Position numbers and translations under genes: made by a program
Shown here: positions 1 through 11,273 of the stretch, piece by piece
Layout: every line of letters starts with the position of its first letter
Position numbering within the stretch: position 1 is the first letter of the stretch
The notes under the pieces: generated by a model
Told to the model about the DNA's origin: nothing
Seen by the model: only the letters and a program-made list of their open reading frames with translations
Database searches by the model: none
From: an uncultured Gemmatimonadales bacterium
Lineage (GTDB): Bacteria > Gemmatimonadota > Gemmatimonadetes > Gemmatimonadales > GWC2-71-9
NCBI GenBank assembly: GCA_963779755.1
Contig: CAVZZO010000003.1
Span: 832,001 to 896,000 of the forward strand
DNA length: 64,000 bases
Reading direction: 5' to 3'

Positions 1-306
1 AAGGCAGAAGGAACCTGCGCAGTCTGGAGCTGTTCCTCCGGGGACTGCGCGAAGGACCCGGCCTTGTATGGAGCATGCTGCATTGAAGTGGCAGAACCGG
101 GCCAGACAGGAGCACCCAAGCCGTCCTGTGGAGGGGGAGGCGGAGGGGGGGGTGGAGGGGAGCCTAACCCGACACTGGCATATTGCTGTAACCCAGCAAA
201 CTACTGGGATCCCTACTGTTATATCCCCTTCGGCTGCGGCTTCGAGCCCAACGGCCCACCACCAGAGCAAACAGGCTGCATCACGCCCATCTGTATCGAG
301 TACTGA
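1..306 (+). CDS. Cys-rich small protein A (5'-truncated by window)
   Basis: Frame open from base 1: KAEGTCAVWSCSSGDCAKDPALYGACCIEVAEPGQTGAPKPSC-G10-EPNPTLAYCC...PICIEY*. 12 Cys; the core is paralogous to the ORF at 3014-3367. Confidence 0.75.
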   Translation, partial: KAEGTCAVWSCSSGDCAKDPALYGACCIEVAEPGQTGAPKPSCGGGGGGGGGGEPNPTLAYCCNPANYWDPYCYIPFGCGFEPNGPPPEQTGCITPICIEY

Positions 307-432
307 TGGCAGGGCGCCAAGAACCGGCATCACTCAACAAGAACGCCGGTTCACCTTTCCGGGTGGTGGCGGCTCCCCCGCCACGGTAGGACAGCTCTAG
401 CTCGGAACTCCAGCGAGGCCTAGGTTAGAGAT

Positions 433-2832
433 ATGCTGTTTCGCTCTGTGGTCCTTTGCATAGTACTGCCGCTGGCCTGGAGATCTGTCGCCACGGCTCA
501 AGGCCAGGCTCATCTGACCGGAGACGTGCTCGAGATGCTCCGCGCCTATGGCAAGCAGACGCCTGAGCAGGTGACCACTCTCGCAGATTCTCTCGCCTTG
601 AAGGAGCGCAATACTCTCACGAGGGGCGTGCTTCTTTTTCGCTGTGCGCAGTTGACCGGGCGGATAGCTGAGTATGAGCGTGCCCTTACGGTCCTACACC
701 ACGCCGTTTCCGGGGACTCAGGCAACGCCCAGACGTGGTTTGCCGTGGCGCTCGTACGGCAGGCAATGGGTGACTCGGGCTTTCTGGCACGCCCAGGGCC
801 ATTGCAGCCCGTTGGGGCCAGCTGGCACGATGGAGCGGCGTACGCCTACCTGAAGGCACTGGAAGAGCAGCCTGACTTGGAGGCCGCGGCCGATTCGTTA
901 GCCGCTTTGCGGGATCGGGTGAGGTTACACCTTGACAGCAAAGATATCGTGCGCGGGCTGATATCGGCGGCGGCTCTTGAGGCCGCGAACCCGTCGCCGG
1001 GCCTGCTCCTGTCGATAGCCAGGGTCGAGGCCAGACTTGGCCAACTCGCGGAGGCGCAGGAAACCTACCGGCGTTTCCTCCGGGCTGGAGGTGACACAAT
1101 CCCCTTCACCCCGAACATCAGAGATGCCGACGACAGTAAGCGCCTCGCGATCTTCAGGGCCGATACAACGACTCATCCTCTTCCCGAGGTCCTCTACAGG
1201 CGTCTTCGCCTGGAAACCGATCTCAGGAACGAGGATTCAGCGCAGGCTGTCCTGAAGCGATACCTGGCGATGACCGCCGATACTGGCGTGGGGCTGTTCT
1301 TCCGCAGCCGCCTGGCCTGCCTTCTAGGAGACAGTTCCAGCATCGTTCCTTACTACTTCGCTGGTGCCGCACATATACGCAGCGAATGGGCACGCAGTCT
1401 CTATCGCGAGGACATCAGCTGGATCGCCGACCCCGCAGAGCTTTCGGCCTTTGACGGGACTCCCGCGGACGGCCTCTCGTCCTGGCTCCAGAGGTTCTGG
1501 AATCGGCGAGACGTTGCTGATGCCCAATCCCCAGGCAGCCGCTTGCGAGAGCATTGCCGAAGATACTTTTACTCGATGGAGCACTACCGGCGCTCCCCCA
1601 GGTCACGCACCCCAGCATGGTGGACTGTTCAGGGTAGAGCACTAGGCGAGGATACTAGCTCGGACGCTCCCATCGATGATCCGGCTCTCGCTGACCACTT
1701 GCCGAAGACGCTTCAATCAGCCGGCCCCCTGGTTGATGACCGTGGACTCGTGTATATGCGCCACGGTCAGCCGGATCAGATCCAGATTGAAGTTGTGGAC
1801 CACCTGACCGCAACCGGCATCGGGGGGGCCGTCGTCTGGCGCTATTTCCGCCCGACTGGGGATCTTATTCTGCAATTTGCGGATGTGCCATTCGATGGCA
1901 GCGCTGAGGCGACAGCTCTTTCACCCCTGATCGTCGCGCCCCATTCCCTTTGCGCCATGACCGGGGGCCTCGCCTGCAAGCTCACCTTGCCACGAGGCTC
2001 TCGCATTACAGCAAGCGACCTGAGCAGGGTTCGTCGGAAACTGTTGCAGAGTATCACCACTGCTCTCACGTCAGACGACCTCCGGCCGCACTTCGAGAAG
2101 AATGCTGCACCAGTCTTGGAGATCTATGGCGTTGGAGGAGACAGTTCAGGCGGCAGACTTCTTGCCGTCTTTGCAATGCCCGCGAAGGCGATTGTCCCCT
2201 CCAAGGTACCAGATGGCTATCTCTATCCGCTGAGGATCCGCCTTACCGGAGCCTCGCCCGACGGAAGCAACCTGACCAGCATCGATACGACAAGGTTCTA
2301 CTTCGTCTCGGCACCGTTGAAAGAGGACCAATACCTCTCCGGCTATCTCGAACTATCGGTATCGGCGGGGAGGTACAACACCTCATTGACCTTGTCTGAT
2401 TCGCTGGGGAGAGTCGGGAGGGCGGTCACCTATGACGGCGTATCCGTTCCTAATCTGACAACCAAAGAGATCGTCATGAGTGATCTGATCCTGGGCCTGG
2501 CCCCGCCACCGCTCTTCTGGTCTTACGAAAAGCAGCGCATCCCCCTGAACCCGCTGAATGCCTGGCCTGTTCACGGGGTGTTGGAACTCTTCTACGAGGT
2601 GGGAGGGCTAGTAGTCGGGCAGGGTTACACTACGGCAATCGAGATCCGGAAGGAAGGGCGCCCTCGTATCAGGGTCGAGTTCACCGAAGAGGCGGCAGCA
2701 GACCGGCAAGTCTTCCGCAGGACCATCAAGCTGGGGGACCTCTCGAAAGGCGATTACATGCTCGTAGTGACACTGAAGGATGAGAGACACCGTGAGGTGT
2801 CTAGCCGGGAACAACAGGTACACGTTCGGTAG
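433..2832 (+). CDS. Exported GWxTD-domain-like protein with TPR-like N-terminus
   Basis: Signal peptide, FWNRRD...RLREHCRRY and DDRGLVYMRHGQPD motifs typical of GWxTD domains, Ig-like C-terminus (MSDLILG, LFYEVGGL, GDYMLVVTLKD). Confidence 0.8.
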   Translation: MLFRSVVLCIVLPLAWRSVATAQGQAHLTGDVLEMLRAYGKQTPEQVTTLADSLALKERNTLTRGVLLFRCAQLTGRIAEYERALTVLHHAVSGDSGNAQTWFAVALVRQAMGDSGFLARPGPLQPVGASWHDGAAYAYLKALEEQPDLEAAADSLAALRDRVRLHLDSKDIVRGLISAAALEAANPSPGLLLSIARVEARLGQLAEAQETYRRFLRAGGDTIPFTPNIRDADDSKRLAIFRADTTTHPLPEVLYRRLRLETDLRNEDSAQAVLKRYLAMTADTGVGLFFRSRLACLLGDSSSIVPYYFAGAAHIRSEWARSLYREDISWIADPAELSAFDGTPADGLSSWLQRFWNRRDVADAQSPGSRLREHCRRYFYSMEHYRRSPRSRTPAWWTVQGRALGEDTSSDAPIDDPALADHLPKTLQSAGPLVDDRGLVYMRHGQPDQIQIEVVDHLTATGIGGAVVWRYFRPTGDLILQFADVPFDGSAEATALSPLIVAPHSLCAMTGGLACKLTLPRGSRITASDLSRVRRKLLQSITTALTSDDLRPHFEKNAAPVLEIYGVGGDSSGGRLLAVFAMPAKAIVPSKVPDGYLYPLRIRLTGASPDGSNLTSIDTTRFYFVSAPLKEDQYLSGYLELSVSAGRYNTSLTLSDSLGRVGRAVTYDGVSVPNLTTKEIVMSDLILGLAPPPLFWSYEKQRIPLNPLNAWPVHGVLELFYEVGGLVVGQGYTTAIEIRKEGRPRIRVEFTEEAAADRQVFRRTIKLGDLSKGDYMLVVTLKDERHREVSSREQQVHVR

Positions 2833-3013
2833 GACCGACGTACTTCAGCGATCCCGGCTGTTCTCGACAAGCGGCGCGTGTCGGAGAATCGGGGCCATGT
2901 GCGGTCGCAGTCGCGGCAGAGTGGCACGCCGCGCTTGATATGATTACGCAGGATGCCTCTTGTTCTACTACAGATAAGCGCCAGCAGGGAAGGAGGCGCA
3001 AGATGAGCGGGAG

Positions 3014-3367
3014 TTGTCCGCTCAAGCAAATGCTGGCCTGCTTTTCGCTCAGGTTCCTTCTCTTGCCTGCTGGCATTGCGAGAGCGGCATCTGTGGCAAC
3101 GATACGGCGATCTATGGTGCGTGCTGCACCCAGGCGGTGGACGAGGAGCATCCGTACCCCCAGCCGCGCCCATCCTGCGGCAGCACGCAACCCTACTGCG
3201 ATCAGTATCCTCCCCGCTGTACCGCCGGGCCAGAGTGCCGGAATTTATTGGTCCCCTCCTACTGTTACCATGCGAACCCTCTTGAAGCTTGCCTCGAGAA
3301 GGGGGAAGGGAACTACAACTACTGCCGCTTCAGAGTCTGGTATGATTACCCGGAATGCTTCTGCTAA
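3014..3367 (+). CDS. Cys-rich small protein B (start uncertain, possibly frameshifted from ATG 3003)
   Basis: CWHCESGICGNDTAIYGACC...PRPSCG aligns with protein A; 14 Cys. AGGAGG (2991-2996) plus ATG 3003 lie in a different frame. Confidence 0.65.
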   Translation: MSAQANAGLLFAQVPSLACWHCESGICGNDTAIYGACCTQAVDEEHPYPQPRPSCGSTQPYCDQYPPRCTAGPECRNLLVPSYCYHANPLEACLEKGEGNYNYCRFRVWYDYPECFC

Positions 3368-3386
3368 ACCAGGCCTAAGCACCAGC

Positions 3387-5532
3387 ATGAGCAGGGCAGG
3401 ACAACAGCAGCTGAGCCGGGGCTATACGCTCAAGCGACTGCTGGTCCGCCTTTCCCTCGGGTTCCTGCTCTTGGTTGGTAGCTGGGGAGGGCAGCTATCG
3501 GGGCAGGCCATCCCATCCCCGGACGGCTTGGGACAAACCCAATCAACACAGGAGAAAGCCAGGCTCCGCAGAGCAGCTGATTCGCTTCGCCAGGCCTTGG
3601 CTAGTTCCGCGCGGGTGTTGGAGCACGACCCGGACAATGCTGAGGCCTGGCTTCTTTTAGGTGTTCGCCGCCTGGCACTTGCGCGCCTCAGGGGCCCACG
3701 CGATACCCGGCCCTCTCCAGCCGGTCGGATCAAGCTATGCCAGAGGGGCTGCCGAAGCGTTCTTGCACACGCTGGAACTGGATTCGACCCAAAGTGAAGC
3801 GGCGCTCAACCTCCCGCTAGCGCTCGACTTGCTTCCTGCCTGGGTACCGTATGCCCGGGCACGGGATGCGCTTCGTCGGACCGCGGGAACGGAATCGGAT
3901 CACATCCCTTCGGTGCTGCTTGCCCGGGCGGGATACGAGCGGGAGACTGGGGCGCGTGATTCGACCATCGCTCTCCTCCTGCGGTACCTGAAGAACGGCG
4001 GAGACTCGGCAGTGGGAGAGCTGGAGCTCGCCCGGGAGTACTACGCCAGGGCCGATAGCGCGGAAGGCGCTGCGGCATATACACGTGGGGCTCATTTAGC
4101 GGGACGAACCCCGGAAGGCCGGGAGGCGTACCGAGCGCAACTGAGTCTGGTCGCCTCACCGCCTGAACTGGCTCGATTCGACTCTCTTCCGAGCGACTCC
4201 CTTGGCCCCTGGATCGAGCGGTTCTGGTCCCGCCGGGATGCTGAAGCGGGGCGTCCGGAGGGCAGTCGCCTGGCGGAGCACTACCGCCGTTACGAATACG
4301 CGATGAAGAACTTCCGGGCTGTTGTGCGCCGGCCACCCGGCGCACCGACGGTCGATGTCATGACCGCCGATGTAAACACCGGGGCATTGGATTCCATTAC
4401 CGAATCGGATGCACTGAGCCAGATGTTTGGGGACTCCGCTGGCGGGAATACGCTACTGTCGCAGCACCAGCTTCGCGGGGCAAGTGAACTTGACCCCCGA
4501 GGGCCGATCTATATCCGGCATGGCCCCCCGGATGATCGCGCCGGCGCTTGGTGGGCGTACTACCGCGGAGGGGGCAACTTCTATGTTCACGTGGTCCCCC
4601 CGAATGCCATGCTACCAGGCACCCGCTGCGATCTGGACCCCTGGTTCTGCTTTCCACCGACACCGCGACTGATCCAGTTGCAGAATGAGGCGCTGGATCG
4701 AATGGCCGTAAAGGCCCTGCGGACCGACGAATACCGGCCCTCCTACCGCCGCGCCATCCACCCAACGGTCCAGGTGTATGCGGTCCAGGGCCCCCCAGGA
4801 GACGGTGGAGGCCGCCTTCTTGCCGTCTTTGCCGTTCCGCAGGATGGCCTCGCCAAGCCTGATACCGTTAACGGCTTTGCCTATCCCATTCACCTGTATC
4901 TGGTGGCGAGCGCACCCGACGGGAGCCGGCGGGCCGACCTGGACACCCTGCGGACCTTCGTGACACGACAGCCCCTCCAGGGCGACGAGTACCTCACCGG
5001 GGTGCTGGAGTTGCCTGTGCGGCCCGGGCTGGTCAACGTCCGCCTGACCATCGCCCAGCCGGATTCCATCCATGCCCGGCCCGCCGACGCCCGGCCCGAG
5101 GTGACTGGAGACCGCGGCGCGCTAGTGGGGCGGGACAGCGTGCGCATCCCCGATCCCGGACGTTTTTCCCTGAGCGACCCGATCCTGGGCCGGAGCGGCG
5201 CCGGGCTGGTCTGGCATTCCCCCGAGGGGCCCGTCCCCCTCAACCCGCTGGGCGCCTTTCCCACCGGCGCCCGGGCCAGCCTCTACTACGAGGCGGCCGG
5301 GCTCCTTCCGGGAGCCACCTACCGCCAGCAGGTGGCCATTACCCCGGCCAGGGGCAAGGGACCCGGCATGACGCTGAGCTTCTCCGAACCCGCCACGGGA
5401 AGCCGACAGGCGTTCCTCCGGGCGCTCATTCTGAAGGACCTGCGGCCGGGCAGCTACACGCTGACGGTGACGCTGGAGGCGCCGGACGGGGCCCGCATCG
5501 CACGGACTACGCCGCTCAACGTGACGCACTGA
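3387..5532 (+). pseudogene. Second GWxTD-domain-like protein, +1 frameshift near 3684
   Basis: ATG 3387 frame gives a signal peptide and PDNAEAWLLLGVRRLALA. The next frame continues ASGAHAIPGPLQPVGSSY, collinear with paralog VRQAMGDSGFLARPGPLQPVGASW. Downstream motifs FWSRRD, EHYRRY, DPRGPIYIRHGPPD. Confidence 0.75.
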
Positions 5533-5642
5533 GCCGGCACCAGGGCCGGATTGCTCGTGAAGACAAAGCCGAAGGCCCCGCCCCCCGGTCAAGAGAGGCG
5601 AGGCCTCGGTTCTCCAGGCGTCGGCAAACGCCCGGTGCCGGC

Positions 5643-5981
5643 TCAGCTGGTGATGCTCTCCAGGGCCCGCCGCGCCTCGCGGGTAGCCCGGTTGAATTTC
5701 TTCTTGGCCTGACGCTGCCGCCGGCGGAACTGGTGACGGGCCGAATCGGTCCACTCAGTCACCTGCTCGCCGGCTTCATCGCGCAGATGGCGCGCCCCTT
5801 CGGCCAGCCTGCGGCGGGTCCGGTCGCCGCTGTCCGGGGCGAACAGCAGGGCCACCACCGCCCCCACCGCCGCGCCCGCCAGCAGCCCGAAGATCAGGTT
5901 CCGGGTGCCGTGGCTTTCTTCTTCCTCAATGTCCAGCTCGTCCTGCTCGTCGTCAGTGCGGTCTTCATGGTCGCGACCCAT
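5643..5981 (-). CDS. YtxH-domain protein
   Basis: FGLLAGAAVGAVVALLFAPDSGDRTRRRL motif; GGAGG RBS before ATG 5981. Confidence 0.85.
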   Translation of the reverse strand: MGRDHEDRTDDEQDELDIEEEESHGTRNLIFGLLAGAAVGAVVALLFAPDSGDRTRRRLAEGARHLRDEAGEQVTEWTDSARHQFRRRQRQAKKKFNRATREARRALESITS

Positions 5982-6117
5982 AGGCCCTCCTTTGGTCTCG
6001 TATGTGGAAGCTAGGCGATCGCCCCCGGGGTGAAAAGCGCCCCGCCGGGCCGCCTCGTAGCGTTCCTGGCGATCCTGGATAACTTTATCTTCATATCTCT
6101 CAATCCTGACCGGGCCT

Positions 6118-6895
6118 ATGACCACCGTCACAACGGGCGCTTCCGAAGAGAGCGAACGGCTCAACGCGAGAATCCACGCGCTGGAACACGAGCGGAAGCA
6201 TCTCCTGGCCATCATCGAGATCCTGCAGGAGATCTCCGGATCCCTCCATTTCACGGACATCGCGCAAACGGTTGCGCGAAGACTCGGTGAGGCCTTCGGG
6301 CTCGACCGCAGCTCGATCTTCCTGGCGGAGCGGGGCGGCCGCACCGTCCGACTGGTGGCGAGCTACGAAGATCCCAGCATCCGCAACTACATAGTGGACC
6401 TGGAGCGATACCCCGAGCTGCGCCGGGCGCTGCACACCGGCCAGACCGTCTTCATCCCCGATGCCGCCACCGATCCCGCGCTACAGCATATCCGCGGGGC
6501 GCTGGCCAACCGGAAGGTGAAATCCATCACGGTAGTGCCCATCACCTGGCGGGGTGTTGCCATCGGGGCTATCTACCTGCGCACCTTCCGCGATGGCCCC
6601 ACGTTCAGCGATTCCGATGTGCGCTTCTGCCAGGTGGTGGCCAGCCTGACGGCCAAAGCGCTGCGCAACGCCCATCGCTTCGAGCGGCTGCAGGAGCGCC
6701 GGGGCGACGCCACGGGCGACCGCATTCGCGAGCGCGAGCGGGTGGCCCTGCTGGGCTTCGTCCGCCGGCTGCTCAACTCCTTCGCCACCAAGGAAGGCCC
6801 CTGGGACGAAGGCCTGCTGGCGCGGGCCAGCGCCGAGGAGATCGACCGCCTGGTCGGGGTGGCGATGGCGGTGATCAGCCAGGAAGCGTCCGGAC

Positions 6896-6900
<5 letters not shown>
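6118..6900 (+). CDS. GAF-domain protein
   Basis: GAF-like pattern (DRSSIFL, TVFIPDA, SITVVPI, GAIYL, FSDSDVRF); no output domain recognised. Confidence 0.8.
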
Positions 6901-8985
<2,085 letters not shown>

Positions 8986-9013
8986 TTTGAGCCGACCTTC
9001 TCCCCGGCATCTC

Positions 9014-9574
9014 ATGAACGCGAGCAGCCTGCTGGTCACCCATCATTGTGTCGGCCTGAGCCGCCAGGCGCTGCAGCAGCTGCGCGCCAGTCTCGAGCGC
9101 GGGACGGGGGTCCAGAGCGCCGCCTTCCTGCAGGAAGCCGGCTTCGCAGGAGGCGCCTCGGTCTATGCTGCGTTCGAGGAATGGGTCCGGGCGCGTTACG
9201 ATGTCGAACCCGCCGGGCTCGATATCCAGTTCCTGGGCGACGCGCTGGGCGGGTTTTTCCGCGAATTCGGCTGGGGGTCGCTCACGCCCGACCAGCTGGT
9301 CCAGGGCGTCATGTCGCTGGAGTCGTCCGACTGGGCCGAGGCGTCCGAGGACGGCGGCGCCCAGTATCCCTCCTGCCACTTCTCCTGCGGCATGCTGGCC
9401 GATTTCCTGGGCCGGCTCTCCTCCGGCCTGGTGGGCGTCATGGAAGTCGAATGCCGCTCCCGGGGCGACGCGCGCTGCCGCTTCCTCGCCGGCTCACCCG
9501 AAACCATGCACGAGATCTACAGCCGCATGGAGCAGGGCCAGTCCTATCAGCGCGCCCTGGGCCTGGACGCCTGA
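9014..9574 (+). CDS. V4R-domain protein
   Basis: GWG and CHFSCGMLA...EVECRSRGDARCRF V4R signature. Confidence 0.8.
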   Translation: MNASSLLVTHHCVGLSRQALQQLRASLERGTGVQSAAFLQEAGFAGGASVYAAFEEWVRARYDVEPAGLDIQFLGDALGGFFREFGWGSLTPDQLVQGVMSLESSDWAEASEDGGAQYPSCHFSCGMLADFLGRLSSGLVGVMEVECRSRGDARCRFLAGSPETMHEIYSRMEQGQSYQRALGLDA

Positions 9575-9595
9575 CCGGCAGCACCCACTTCGGAC

Positions 9596-10009
9596 ATGCG
9601 GCTGCGCTTCCTCCGCGAGCTGGCCGAGCTGGCACTCGGCACCGCGCTCGGGGTCGGTCTGGTCTGGCTGGTCCACCGGCTGTGGCCCGGTCTCTTCGGC
9701 ATCACCCATCTGGCCTATCATCAGTGGCAGGTGCTGGGCGGCGCGGCCGGGTTCCTTGCCGCGGTGGCCTGGAGCACCGGCCGAGTAGAGCGAAGCATCG
9801 ACCATCGTCTCCCCCTGCACCAGCGCCCCCGCCCCTCCTTCCGCAACGGGCGCCCCTTGGGAGTGCTGGGCTGGCGCGCGCGCGATGCCTGGGGTGAATA
9901 CCTGCTGCTGGTGCTGGCGGTGCTGGTGATGGCGGTGATCCTGTGGCTGGTGCGGACGTATTTGCCGGCCGTTCGCCTCACCCCCCGCTCACCGCTACGC
10001 CCTCGATGA
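9596..10009 (+). CDS. Hypothetical membrane protein
   Basis: Three hydrophobic segments; follows the V4R gene. Confidence 0.55.
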   Translation: MRLRFLRELAELALGTALGVGLVWLVHRLWPGLFGITHLAYHQWQVLGGAAGFLAAVAWSTGRVERSIDHRLPLHQRPRPSFRNGRPLGVLGWRARDAWGEYLLLVLAVLVMAVILWLVRTYLPAVRLTPRSPLRPR

Positions 10010-11273
10010 CCATCGCCGGTGCCGCGACACTCCCCATCCACTGCAGATCCTTCCCGACCCCGGTGACGCGGCGCAGCAGCTCGTAGACCGATCCCGCCAC
10101 GGTGGCGCGATGGACTCGCCCCACCACCTCCCCGTTCCGCACCCGGTAGGCCAGGGCGACCGGATGGGAAAAAGCTCCGCCGATCACGTTGCCCTGCCCC
10201 ACACCCAGCAGCGCGTCCACCAGCAATCCATCCGGCATCAGCGCCAGCAGCTCATCCAGGGAGGCGCTGCCCGGTGAGACGACCAGGTTGGACCATGACG
10301 CCTGCGGCTTGCCGAAGGTGGTGCGCCGGCCGTGCCCCGTTGGCGGCACGCCGCCCTGGGCCGCCGTCTCCAGGTCGTAGATGAACTCGCCCACCACCCC
10401 GTGCTCCACCACCGCCAGCGGCCGGCAGGGCGTACCTTCATCATCCACCGGTCGGGACCCGCTGTGCCCGTCCAGCAGGGGCTCATCCCGCAGGGTGAAG
10501 GCGGCATCGAACCGCCGGGCTCCCTGCTGGTCCGCCAGCGGCGAGATCCCCTGCAGCACCGACTTGCCGCGGCAGGCAAGCCGGAAGGGAGCCAGCAGGA
10601 CCGCCGTGCCGGGAGGGGTGAAACAGACCGGGCAGGGCCCGGCCGGCGCCGCCGCCGCCTGCCGGGCCCATTCGAGCCGCCGGGTGGTGCGGGTGACCAG
10701 CGACTCCAGTTCGGGCATCCCGGGCAGATCGGCGCCGGCGATATGGTCGTCCACGATGGTGACATCGTCGCCCACGACGCGGGTCACCTCTACGCCGATG
10801 CTCACGGTGGAGACATCGTATTCGGCGTCGGCCCCGAGGGTATTCGCCGCGCGCACCGAGCCCACCGATCGCTCGAGGACAATGGACACCTGGCGGTTGT
10901 CGGCGCCGAGGCGCTCCTGCAGCATGCGGCCCAGTTGCGCCAGGTCGGCGGCCGAGGCGGCCGCGGCGCGGGGATAATGGGTGAGCACCCGGGGAAGCTG
11001 GGCCGGGCCGGGCAGCCGGAGGGGAATTGCCTCGCCCACCCGGGCGCTGGCGAAGGCCGCGTCCAGCACCGCATCGAGGTCGTCGGTGGTGGTGCCCGCG
11101 AAACCGACCCGGCCGCCGGCCAGCACCCGAAGGTTGATGCCCCGCTCCTCGGCCACCGCGGCCGATTTGAGCCGGCCGGCCTCGAAGCTGAGGGTCAGGG
11201 TCTCGTCCGTCTTGAGGGCGGCATCGGCGGCCTCCGCCCGCCGGCCGGCCTGTTCCAGGAGTTCGATGATCAC
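9978..11273 (-). CDS. pmbA: TldE/PmbA family protein
   Basis: DDEGTP, TGHG, SNLVV, GAFS motifs; GTG start overlaps the tldD stop (GTGA). Confidence 0.85.
   Translation of the reverse strand: MIIELLEQAGRRAEAADAALKTDETLTLSFEAGRLKSAAVAEERGINLRVLAGGRVGFAGTTTDDLDAVLDAAFASARVGEAIPLRLPGPAQLPRVLTHYPRAAAASAADLAQLGRMLQERLGADNRQVSIVLERSVGSVRAANTLGADAEYDVSTVSIGVEVTRVVGDDVTIVDDHIAGADLPGMPELESLVTRTTRRLEWARQAAAAPAGPCPVCFTPPGTAVLLAPFRLACRGKSVLQGISPLADQQGARRFDAAFTLRDEPLLDGHSGSRPVDDEGTPCRPLAVVEHGVVGEFIYDLETAAQGGVPPTGHGRRTTFGKPQASWSNLVVSPGSASLDELLALMPDGLLVDALLGVGQGNVIGGAFSHPVALAYRVRNGEVVGRVHRATVAGSVYELLRRVTGVGKDLQWMGSVAAPAMVIEGVAVSGG

Noticed and set aside
2921..2938. TGGCAC as a sigma54 promoter for peptide B
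   Set aside because: The -12 GC is not at the required spacing (TGGCAC-N7-TTGA).
2940..3797. 285-aa ORF as a single real gene
   Set aside because: It is a composite of the putative peptide-B signal, an off-frame stretch, and the true N-terminus of the frameshifted GWxTD gene from 3387.
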